DNA from: Acinetobacter lwoffii
GTDB lineage: Bacteria; Pseudomonadota; Gammaproteobacteria; Pseudomonadales; Moraxellaceae
Length of the DNA: 24,000 nucleotides
Assembly (NCBI RefSeq): GCF_015602705.1
Contig: NZ_CP059081.1
Span: forward strand, 357,702 to 381,701
Direction of reading: 5' to 3'
The position numbers were made by a program, and so were the translations under genes. Shown one piece after another: positions 1 through 7,223 of this stretch (the first letter of the stretch is position 1; the number at the start of each line of letters is the position of its first letter). The notes under the pieces are model-generated. The model did no database searches. It was given only the letters and a program-made list of their open reading frames with translations, and had not been told where the DNA came from.

Positions 1-410
1 TAGCTGTTGAAGAAGCTGAGCATGGGCATGTGGGGGAAATTCAGGTAGTGATTGAAGGCTGTTTACCTTCACGATCGGCCTATTATCAGGATACGTTGTG
101 TCGTGCCCGTCAGTTGTTTGCTGAACTGGGCGTTTGGGACACCGAATATAACAGTGGTGTACTTCTCTACTTAAACCTTTGTGAACATAAGGTTGAAATT
201 GTGATTGATCGTGGAATTAAGAATGCGACGACCCAGAAAGTTTGGGATGAAATCTGTCAAAACATTATTCACCATTTAGTCCAGCAGAAGTTTAAAGAAG
301 GGGTAGTTGAAGGTGTTAAGCAGATTGGTCTGGTTTTAGATCAGTATTACGATCGTAAAATAGATGATTTACAGAATGAATTAGGGAATAAACCGATTAT
401 TCTGGGATGA
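1..410 (+). CDS. TPM-domain (TLP18.3/Psb32/MOLO-1-type) protein, 3' part; the 5' end lies outside the window
   Basis: The frame is open from nt 3 (AVEEAEHGHV precedes the listed GTG at 30), so the gene is cut by the window edge. The pattern GEIQVVIE ... NSGVLLYL..EHKVEIVIDRGI recalls TPM/DUF477 proteins; this is motif memory, not a search. Stop TGA at 408-410. Confidence 0.5.
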   Translation, partial: AVEEAEHGHVGEIQVVIEGCLPSRSAYYQDTLCRARQLFAELGVWDTEYNSGVLLYLNLCEHKVEIVIDRGIKNATTQKVWDEICQNIIHHLVQQKFKEGVVEGVKQIGLVLDQYYDRKIDDLQNELGNKPIILG

Positions 411-418
411 TTTTAGTC

Positions 419-447
419 AACTAACTGACATTTTTTGTCAGTTAGTT
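419..447. promoter_or_regulatory. Perfect inverted repeat AACTAACTGACA-N5-TGTCAGTTAGTT between the TPM gene and pilA; candidate enhancer (PilR-type) site and/or hairpin ending the upstream gene
   Basis: 12-bp arms at 419-430 and 436-447, read directly from the sequence, about 90-115 nt upstream of the sigma54-type promoter. The arms contain TGTC/GACA cores. No T-run follows, so it is not a canonical intrinsic terminator. Confidence 0.4.
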
Positions 448-532
448 ACACAAAAGAAAACATAATAATTACAAAAATAAAAATATTTTTTTAAAGTGCT
501 GTTTTTTCTGTCAAAATTACTATAATAAAACT

Positions 533-548
533 TGGCACGTTAGATGCT
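533..548 (+). promoter_or_regulatory. Sigma54 (RpoN) -24/-12 promoter for pilA
   Basis: TGGCACgttagaTGCt has GG at 534-535 and GC at 546-547. This is the canonical 12-nt offset of the TGGCAC-N5-TTGCW consensus, about 65 nt upstream of the pilA ATG. RpoN/PilR dependence of pilA is established in Pseudomonas and relatives. Confidence 0.6.
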
Positions 549-611
549 AACTATAAATAGCTTTAACTTTTAAGCTTTATAAATAAACAATAAACATTTG
601 TGGAGAATGTT

Positions 612-1172
612 ATGAATACGATTCAAAAAGGTTTTACGCTTATCGAGTTAATGATCGTGATCGCGATTATCGGTATTTTGGCGGCTGTTGCACTACCTGC
701 TTATCAAGATTACACCGTTCGTGCAAAAGTATCTGAAGGTATGTTGGCTGCATCTTCTTGTCGTACTGCAGTTACGGAAGCAATTGATTCAGGACTTGTT
801 CCATTAGCAGGTCAGTGGGGTTGTGAGCAAGGTATAGGTACTAATGCTGCTGCTGCTTCGAAATATGTACAAAAAATTGAAGTTGCGAGTGCAAACCCTG
901 CAATTGGTCGTATTACAGTTACATTAGCGACATTAGGTGAGCTAAAAGGTGCATCAGGTGAAAAAATCGTTATGACTCCTAAAACTGGTTCGGGTGCTAC
1001 GGATTTCTTAACTGCAGCAACTGTTTCTGGTGTGGGTGGTGCAACTTCTAATTCAACTGGCGCAGCTGGTGCTTTAATTAAAGAATGGTCTTGTGGTCCA
1101 GAATCTACTGCGAAGGCAGTAACGATGGCTAAATATTTACCAGCATCTTGTCGTACGGCTCAAGGTTCTTAA
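612..1172 (+). CDS. pilA: Type IVa major pilin PilA (186-aa prepilin)
   Basis: MNTIQKG|FTLIELMIVIAIIGILAAVALPAYQDY is a class III signal peptide with Gly-1/Phe+1/Glu+5. GGAG lies 6 nt upstream of ATG 612, and the listed GTG 600 is an upstream in-frame extension. Four Cys suggest two disulfides, and the protein ends in ...CRTAQGS with a C-terminal Ser. Confidence 0.92.
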   Translation: MNTIQKGFTLIELMIVIAIIGILAAVALPAYQDYTVRAKVSEGMLAASSCRTAVTEAIDSGLVPLAGQWGCEQGIGTNAAAASKYVQKIEVASANPAIGRITVTLATLGELKGASGEKIVMTPKTGSGATDFLTAATVSGVGGATSNSTGAAGALIKEWSCGPESTAKAVTMAKYLPASCRTAQGS

Positions 1173-1183
1173 ATAAATAATAT

Positions 1184-1211
1184 AAAAAAGCTGACTTTGG
1201 TCAGCTTTTTT
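1184..1211 (+). terminator. Rho-independent terminator after pilA
   Basis: AAAAAAGCTGAC-tttg-GTCAGCTTTTTT has a stem at 1189-1195/1200-1206 followed by a T-run. It lies 12 nt after the pilA stop. Confidence 0.85.
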
Positions 1212-1224
1212 ATAATGAATTACA

Positions 1225-2880
1225 ATGAGAATTATAGTTTTTATTATTTTAATTTTTTTTGGCTTATCTTATTTTATAGGTATATCTCCTTTTCCATGGA
1301 CTGCATCTTCACAAGATTATTTATGGTTCTTAGGGCTTATATTATTTCTTGTCCTTTTTTATAAAAAAAATGTTAATGTCCCAATCTTACTAATTCCACT
1401 ATTTATTATTTGTTTAATCCCTTTTATCCAATTTATATTCGGTCAGGTTTATTATTTTTCGACCACTTTTTTTAGTTTCTGTTTTTTATTTGGATTTTTA
1501 GCTTCAATTCTCTATGGCTATAATAGTACTCGGTTAGCAGGAAAAGAAAATATAATTAAGTATATTGCATACTTTTTTAGTTTAGTTGGGTTTTTTAGTA
1601 GCTTATTGGCTATAGCACAATGGCTTCAAATTTCTCATCCTTATATGTTAAATTTAAGTCATAATCGACCTTATGCGAATTTAGGACAGCCAAATCAATT
1701 GGCAACACTGCTCATACTCAGTATTTGTAGTCTTTTATTTTTATATGAGCGTATGAGGTCTAAAAGTGTATTTTTAATTCTTTCTCTCCCTATTATAGTT
1801 TGGGCACTTGCATTAACTCAGTCAAGAACAACATGGGTTACTTTATTTATATTATTTATTATTTACATCGTTAAAAAAGTTCGATTTGAAAAAAAATCAA
1901 CGGCTTATATCGCTTTAATTTCAGTATTTATTTATTTATTTATTTTTATATTCAATGCTGAGATTTCTGAATATTTAAATCTAGTCAAGCCAATTCCAAT
2001 GCAAGAACGACTGAATGGGGGGGTAGGTCGTATTGAAATGTGGAAGCATATGTACTATGCCGCAATGCAACAACCATGGTTAGGTTATGGTTGGTTTCAA
2101 ACAACAATCGCACAGCTAGAAGGTGTTTTAATATTTAAAAATGAAGGGAATTTATCAAGCGCACATAATATTGTGATTGATTTAGTCTTGTGGGTGGGTA
2201 TTCCATTTACAGTCTTAATTATTGGATATGGTTTATATCTTATCAAACGAATTTTTTTAAGTATTCACAGTTTGCCACAGTTATATGTGTTTATGATGAT
2301 GCTATGTATATTAGTGCATGCTCAACTTGAGTTTCCTTTATATTATAGCTATTTTTTATTTCCATTAGGCTTCTTTATTGGTGTATTACTTATTGATTGT
2401 AATTGTAAATATTTTTTGTTGAATGAAAAATTAAAACAATCGATTTTTCTTATTTGCATTTGTTTCTATGCTTTAATATTTAAACAGTATGATCAATGGC
2501 TAACTAATTTTGGTTATGCATCTGGTATGCAAAATACTGGAAAATCACAACACCAAAATTCTCTGTTATTTTCTCAATTTTCAGATCGAGCAGATTTTAT
2601 TGTTGCAAAAATAGATCATAATTACACTGAATCAAATTTAGAATTTTTTGAGCATTATGTGAAAAGCCAGCCAACTGAGTATAATTTATATAAAATGGCT
2701 CAAATTTTTTATTTTAATGAAAGTATGGTTAGAGCTACTTATTATCTTGACGTATATAATGCGCTTTATAATAAAAAAGCATTATTTGAAGATTTATCGA
2801 AAATTAATACCAGTCAGGATAATGGTATTTCATCATTATTCGAAAAAAGTGTTAGTACACTAAATTTAAATATGAAGTGA
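1225..2880 (+). CDS. tfpO: Wzy_C/PglL-family polytopic membrane protein; by position, a pilin-specific O-oligosaccharyltransferase (TfpO/PilO-like)
   Basis: A 551-aa protein with many TM helices and the motifs LTQSRTTWV, GYGWFQT and SAHNIVIDLVLWVGIP, typical of O-antigen-ligase-like OTases. It sits immediately 3' of a pilA ending in Ser, as in the described Acinetobacter pilA-tfpO arrangement. Very AT-rich. Confidence 0.72.
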   Translation: MRIIVFIILIFFGLSYFIGISPFPWTASSQDYLWFLGLILFLVLFYKKNVNVPILLIPLFIICLIPFIQFIFGQVYYFSTTFFSFCFLFGFLASILYGYNSTRLAGKENIIKYIAYFFSLVGFFSSLLAIAQWLQISHPYMLNLSHNRPYANLGQPNQLATLLILSICSLLFLYERMRSKSVFLILSLPIIVWALALTQSRTTWVTLFILFIIYIVKKVRFEKKSTAYIALISVFIYLFIFIFNAEISEYLNLVKPIPMQERLNGGVGRIEMWKHMYYAAMQQPWLGYGWFQTTIAQLEGVLIFKNEGNLSSAHNIVIDLVLWVGIPFTVLIIGYGLYLIKRIFLSIHSLPQLYVFMMMLCILVHAQLEFPLYYSYFLFPLGFFIGVLLIDCNCKYFLLNEKLKQSIFLICICFYALIFKQYDQWLTNFGYASGMQNTGKSQHQNSLLFSQFSDRADFIVAKIDHNYTESNLEFFEHYVKSQPTEYNLYKMAQIFYFNESMVRATYYLDVYNALYNKKALFEDLSKINTSQDNGISSLFEKSVSTLNLNMK

Positions 2881-2886
2881 TGATTT

Positions 2887-3618
2887 ATGTCTAAGCGTAT
2901 TCGGTTTTTTATTAAACATTTAACTTTGTCATTGGTTGTAGCTTTATTATTGCTCGGCTTAGTATTTCTGTTTTGGTATCCAGCACCACTTGCAAAAGCT
3001 GTTGGGGTAACAAGCATTATTTTGATGCTATTCGTGATTGATATCATTATTGGTCCTTTATTAGGATTATTGGTCTATAAAGAGCATAAAAAATCGTTAA
3101 AATTTGATCTGACAATCATCATTTTGGTTCAAATGTCAGCTTTATTGTATGGCGTATTTACACTTGAGCAAGGTAGACCTGTATGGATTGTTTATAATGT
3201 TGATCGTTTTGAGCTAGTTCGAAAAAATGAAATCATTAATGATAATCTTGAAAAGGCGCGACCGCAATTTAAGCAGGTTTCATTTTTTAAGCCACAATAT
3301 GTAATGGTTGAAAATTCAAAAGATAATAAACAGAGAAATGAAGATTTATTTACAGAAGTTTTCGGTGGGGTATCTTTATCACAAATGCCGGACCGTTATA
3401 TTGAATTTGATCAAAAAATATTACTTAAAGGTAAATATATAAAAAATCTTGATTCTTTATATAATTATAATGAAAAGTCTGCGGTAGAGAAAATTTTCAA
3501 TAGCACACCTAAGGCTTCAGGCTATGTGCCCCTAAAAGCGAATCAAACAGACATGACTGTATTACTTGATAAACATGGTCAGCCACTCAAGATAGTCGAT
3601 TTACGTCCTTGGAAGTAA
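2887..3618 (+). CDS. TfpX/TfpY/TfpZ-like type IV pilin accessory membrane protein
   Basis: A 243-aa protein starting 6 nt after the tfpO stop. The N-terminal roughly 115 aa carry three hydrophobic helices and the pattern FIKHL.LSLVVAL...LVFLFWYPAPL ... IIGPLLGLLVY ... KFDL.II.LVQ..ALLYG ... GRPVW.V..VDRFELV. I recognise this pattern from the Pseudomonas TfpX/Y/Z family from memory; it needs an HMM check. Confidence 0.55.
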   Translation: MSKRIRFFIKHLTLSLVVALLLLGLVFLFWYPAPLAKAVGVTSIILMLFVIDIIIGPLLGLLVYKEHKKSLKFDLTIIILVQMSALLYGVFTLEQGRPVWIVYNVDRFELVRKNEIINDNLEKARPQFKQVSFFKPQYVMVENSKDNKQRNEDLFTEVFGGVSLSQMPDRYIEFDQKILLKGKYIKNLDSLYNYNEKSAVEKIFNSTPKASGYVPLKANQTDMTVLLDKHGQPLKIVDLRPWK

Positions 3619-3636
3619 GTGCCCTATTTAAGTTTT

Positions 3637-3671
3637 TCAAAAAAGCAGATTACCTTTTAATCTGCTTTTTG
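3637..3671 (+). terminator. Rho-independent terminator after the tfpZ-like gene
   Basis: AAAAGCAGAT-(tacctttta)-ATCTGCTTTT has a stem at 3641-3650/3660-3669 followed by TTTTT. Confidence 0.8.
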
Positions 3672-3708
3672 CTTATCATGTGCAACATCGAAAAGCATTG
3701 ATACTTTC

Positions 3709-5346
3709 ATGAAAGCCACACTTGCCCTCATTGCAGCCATTCTTATCTCCCTCGCATGGCTCATCCCTGTCCATTACCGACCTTGGGTGACCTATACCGG
3801 TGAGCTATATGCATTTTTTGCCTTATTTTCTTTAGCGGCAATTTGCCTCAAAGAAAAACTCAAAATTCCAGCTCTCAGTCTGCCATTATTGCTACTCGCC
3901 TGTGTACCACTGATACATTTTCTGACAGGACAGGTATTTTTCTTTAGCACTGCCATGATGGGCTTTATTTTTGTTTTTAGCTTTTGGCTGGCAAGTGTAC
4001 TTGGCTATAATTTTTCTACAGGAAACAATAGCCGAGAAGAAACCTTTACCCATTTAAGCTATGTATTCTTGGTGTCAGGCACCATTACAGGCTTAATTGC
4101 TCTATGTCAGTGGATAAATCTGGATTCAGTCTTGCTAGGCATGGTGAATATCAGTGGTACTCAACGTCCCTATGCCAATTTTGCCCAGCCAAATAATATG
4201 GCGACGTTTTTACTTATGTCGCTGATGAGTTGCCTATATCTTTATGAAAAGAAAAAGATTCAAACAAAGTGGTTAATGACTTGCGCATTACCGATCATTA
4301 TGGGCATCGCGCTTAGCCAATCCCGTACCTCGTGGGTAGCTGCCATAGCCATCATGATTTATCTTGCCATTTATCAATATAAAGGCATTATTCGTCTGAA
4401 ATGGTATTACAGCAGTCTCTTGCTATTCCTATTTATTTTCTTTATCTGGTTGTTCCCTGTATTGAGTCTACTGATTGCACAGATGACAGATGCAGAGGTG
4501 ATCCGTAGTCGTGAGTTGGTATCACGTGCAACTGGTGATATGTCACGACTCGCCATCTGGCAGCAAATGTTGGCCGCGATTCAGGCCCAGCCATGGTTTG
4601 GTTATGGTTGGTATCAAACCAGTGTTGCTTTTGTCTCGATAACTGATACGGTTCAGGGTCCGGTCTGGATTCGTAGCGCACATAATTTTATTATCGATTT
4701 CCTGATCTGGAACGGGGCAGTGATTGGTGTGCCTTTCTTGGCTTATTTCGGCTACTTGGGCTATCAAATGCAGCGATGGGTAAAGACGCCGGAGTCAGTC
4801 ATTGGCATATTAATGATCGGTACTTTTGTTACGCATGCGATGTTTGAATTTCCACAGCACTATGCCTATTTCCTATTACCAGTGGGTTTTATTATGGGGA
4901 CAGTACTGGCGCAGCGTTCAGATGTAGCTAAGCAGCTTGTCATGCCGGTATGGTTAATGAAAGTAGTCTTCATTACAGGTGTTATTTTAATTGCAGTCAT
5001 TTACCGAGATTATGATACCGCTGTACCAAAACTCGGACAAAGTATTCGTTATGAGAAGCAGCCAGAAAAAATCACCAATGAAAAACCAATTTATTTGCTG
5101 ACCGAGTTTAATCATCGCATTGCCTGGATTCGTCTGAATCTTTATAGCAAGGCATCTGCTGATCAGATTCTGGAAGGTGAACAAATGGTCTTGAGTTATC
5201 CGACTAAATATAACCTGATCAAATATGCCAAACTTTTAGCTTTTAATGGATATGAGGCGGAAGCCAAGCATCAGCTGCAACGCTTAAAGATCATTCAGAA
5301 AACTGAAATGAGTTATAAAGAGTTAACGCAGGATATGCCGCGCTAA
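3709..5346 (+). CDS. pglL: PglL-like general O-oligosaccharyltransferase (Wzy_C family), paralogue of 1225-2880
   Basis: A 545-aa polytopic protein with the motifs LSQSRTSWV, GYGWYQT, SAHNFIIDFLIWNG and a C-terminal YPTKYNLIKYAKLL that parallels QPTEYNLYKMAQIF in the first paralogue. Its G+C is similar to the core genes. Its position downstream of pilA/tfpO and next to bfr matches the remembered Acinetobacter arrangement. Confidence 0.72.
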   Translation: MKATLALIAAILISLAWLIPVHYRPWVTYTGELYAFFALFSLAAICLKEKLKIPALSLPLLLLACVPLIHFLTGQVFFFSTAMMGFIFVFSFWLASVLGYNFSTGNNSREETFTHLSYVFLVSGTITGLIALCQWINLDSVLLGMVNISGTQRPYANFAQPNNMATFLLMSLMSCLYLYEKKKIQTKWLMTCALPIIMGIALSQSRTSWVAAIAIMIYLAIYQYKGIIRLKWYYSSLLLFLFIFFIWLFPVLSLLIAQMTDAEVIRSRELVSRATGDMSRLAIWQQMLAAIQAQPWFGYGWYQTSVAFVSITDTVQGPVWIRSAHNFIIDFLIWNGAVIGVPFLAYFGYLGYQMQRWVKTPESVIGILMIGTFVTHAMFEFPQHYAYFLLPVGFIMGTVLAQRSDVAKQLVMPVWLMKVVFITGVILIAVIYRDYDTAVPKLGQSIRYEKQPEKITNEKPIYLLTEFNHRIAWIRLNLYSKASADQILEGEQMVLSYPTKYNLIKYAKLLAFNGYEAEAKHQLQRLKIIQKTEMSYKELTQDMPR

Positions 5347-5350
5347 ATAC

Positions 5351-5378
5351 AAAAAAGCCAGCAGCTGCTGGCTTTTTC
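5351..5378. terminator. Bidirectional intrinsic terminator between convergent pglL and bfr
   Basis: AAAAAAGCCAGCAGCTGCTGGCTTTTTC is a GC-rich palindrome flanked by an A-run and a T-run. Confidence 0.85.
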
Positions 5379-5395
5379 TTGGCTTAATTTTAAGT

Positions 5396-5860
5396 TTAGA
5401 GCTGACTTTGAATATAGTTTTCGATGCCAATGCTTTCGATCAAATCAATTTGTGTTGTGGTCCAGTCCAGATAGTTTTCTTCTTTCTCTAGGATTTCCTG
5501 AACCAAATCACGCGTTACATAATCCATTTGGGTTTCAGCCAGCGCGACTGCTTTGTGGATGACTTCAATATTTTCTTTGACTTTACGCACGTCACAATGC
5601 AGCACTTCTTGAGTATGCTGACCGATATACAGCTTGCCCAGATTCTGTAAATTCGGCAGGCCTTCCAAAAATAAAATACGTTCAATAATTTTGTCGGCAT
5701 GTTTCATCTGAACAATGGATTCTTTATATTCTGCCGAGCCCAGTTTCTCAATGCCCCAGTCATTAAACATGCGCGAATGCAGGAAATACTGGTTAATGGC
5801 AGTTAAGTGGTGATACAACACCTGATTGAGCTGATTAATCACATCACGATTGCCTTTCAT
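5396..5860 (-). CDS. bfr: Bacterioferritin
   Basis: A 154-aa protein with MKGNRDVINQLNQVL...LTAINQYFLHSRMFNDWG...EYKESI..MKHADKIIERILFLEG, a typical Bfr four-helix ferroxidase signature. GGAG lies 7 nt upstream of the ATG. Confidence 0.93.
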   Translation of the reverse strand: MKGNRDVINQLNQVLYHHLTAINQYFLHSRMFNDWGIEKLGSAEYKESIVQMKHADKIIERILFLEGLPNLQNLGKLYIGQHTQEVLHCDVRKVKENIEVIHKAVALAETQMDYVTRDLVQEILEKEENYLDWTTTQIDLIESIGIENYIQSQL

Positions 5861-5993
5861 CGCATAACTCCATTTGGACCTGTTTTATCTTTCTAAGAAA
5901 GCACTCTAATCCTGATAGTAAAGCAAGACAGGGGCAAATGGCGAGTAATTTATCAAATCAAACGTAAAACCTCGTTTTCAAGGCAGGGATATA

Positions 5994-7214
5994 AATGAGT
6001 GACCTAAGCCATACGACATGAAATGTCGTTTCAAATTAACATTTTTAACTTTGGATATTCTATTGGTTATTTTCATTGATAAAATAATCGCATGAAAACA
6101 CTTAAATTACGCATTAAAGATAAACATTCCAAGATATTAGAGCAATTAGCATCTGAAGTGAATTTCGTCTGGAATTATGTCAATGATTTAAGCTTTAAAC
6201 ACCTTAAAAGAAAAGGTGAATTTCTCAGTGCTTACGATATTGCTGAATATACGAAAGGTACATCTAGGCTTTGTGGGTTACATAGTCAAACCATTCAGGC
6301 TATTACCGAAGAATTAGTCATACGCAGAAAGCAATTCAAGAAGACCAAACTAAGATGGCGGGTCAGTCATAAGAAACCAGCCAGAAGATCACTAGGTTGG
6401 ATACCCTTTAAGAAAGTAGCAATCAAGTATGCTGATGGCCATATCCAGTATGGCAAGCATCAGTTTAAAATATGGGATAGCTATGGACTGTCAAATTACA
6501 GTATCAAGACTGGTTCGTTTGTCGAGGATGCGCGTGGCCGCTGGTATGTCTGCTTAGTTGTGAATAGCCCTAAAATTGAGAAATCGACTGCGACTAATTT
6601 GATTGGGATTGATCTGGGCTTAAAGGATATAGCCACTTGTTCGGATGGTACGATAATTTCAAATCCCAAGTTCTACCGTCAATATGAACAGAAATTAGGG
6701 ATTGCTCAACGAGCGAAAAATAGAAAACGGGTCCGTGCATTACACGCCAAGATTGCAAACTGTCGTAAAGACCATTTGCACAAAGCGAGTACAATGCTTA
6801 TAAAGAAAAATGCACTAATTGTTGTAGGCGATCTGAGTGCGAAAAAACTGGTGAAAACCAAGATGGCGAAGTCTGTTCTGGATACCGGATTTTCAGCATT
6901 CAAGACCATGCTCAAGTATAAATGCGAGAACGCAGGAGTATGGTTTGAAGAAGTTAGTGAAAGTTTCACAACCCAAATGTGTTCATGCTGTGGTGAGGTC
7001 ACTGCAAGCAGTCCGAAAGGTAGAGCAGATTTGCGAATAAGAGTATGGGAATGTGAAAACTGTTCAAGTGTTCTGGATCGGGACTTGAATAGTGCTAAGA
7101 ACATACTTGCGCTTGGGCATAAGCGTCTCGCAGGAGGAATCAGCTCTATTTAGAGAGGTGAGGATGTCAAGGAACAGCAAATGAAAATCGACATCGAATC
7201 GATTCAGACTCAGA
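5994..7214 (+). mobile_element. tnpA-less IS200/IS605-family (IS1341-like) element carrying tnpB; the ends are approximate
   Basis: The tnpB ORF is flanked by subterminal hairpins at 6013-6029 (ACGACAT-gaa-ATGTCGT) and 7186-7204 (AATCGA-catcgaa-TCGATT). Both hairpins contain CGACAT. The ends were extrapolated using IS608-like geometry and so are uncertain. The element lies between bfr and bfd in the opposite orientation to both. Confidence 0.45.
6092..7153 (+). CDS. tnpB: TnpB-type RNA-guided endonuclease (IS200/IS605 OrfB family)
   Basis: A 353-aa protein with RuvC-I GIDLGLKD (Asp174), RuvC-II WFEEV (Glu286/287), a zinc ribbon CSCCG...CENC, and RuvC-III LDRDLNSAKNI (Asp331). No tnpA is present in the window. 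Confidence 0.9.
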   Translation: MKTLKLRIKDKHSKILEQLASEVNFVWNYVNDLSFKHLKRKGEFLSAYDIAEYTKGTSRLCGLHSQTIQAITEELVIRRKQFKKTKLRWRVSHKKPARRSLGWIPFKKVAIKYADGHIQYGKHQFKIWDSYGLSNYSIKTGSFVEDARGRWYVCLVVNSPKIEKSTATNLIGIDLGLKDIATCSDGTIISNPKFYRQYEQKLGIAQRAKNRKRVRALHAKIANCRKDHLHKASTMLIKKNALIVVGDLSAKKLVKTKMAKSVLDTGFSAFKTMLKYKCENAGVWFEEVSESFTTQMCSCCGEVTASSPKGRADLRIRVWECENCSSVLDRDLNSAKNILALGHKRLAGGISSI

Positions 7215-7223
7215 TGAATGGCA

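Noticed and set aside
600-611. Upstream GTG start for pilA (MENV extension)
   Set aside because: The type IV prepilin leader is short and basic. ATG 612 gives MNTIQKG|F and has a GGAG at proper spacing, whereas the GTG overlaps that RBS.
1253-1896. A8 and T8 homopolymers in tfpO (T8 at 1253-1260, A8 at 1363-1370, A8 at 1889-1896) as phase-variation tracts
   Set aside because: A/T runs of this length are expected by chance in a gene of about 25-33% G+C and are rarely effective switches. Only the G7 tract was kept as a finding.
2814-3047. A 77-aa minus-strand ORF spanning the tfpO/tfpZ-like junction
   Set aside because: It overlaps two well-supported plus-strand genes and has no RBS or motif.
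4442-4767. Two overlapping minus-strand ORFs (79 and 74 aa) inside pglL
   Set aside because: They are embedded antisense in a strongly supported membrane-protein gene, and their sequences show no features.
5889-5901. Palindrome CTTTCT-a-AGAAAG 29-41 nt upstream of the bfr ATG as an operator
   Set aside because: It is short and AT-rich and does not resemble a Fur box or any operator I can name. No convincing bfr promoter could be assigned by eye.
6706-7104. A 132-aa ORF, and a 66-aa ORF at 6594-6794, antisense to tnpB
   Set aside because: They have no motifs and are fully embedded in a gene whose sense frame shows a complete RuvC/zinc-ribbon signature. They are probably a frame artefact.
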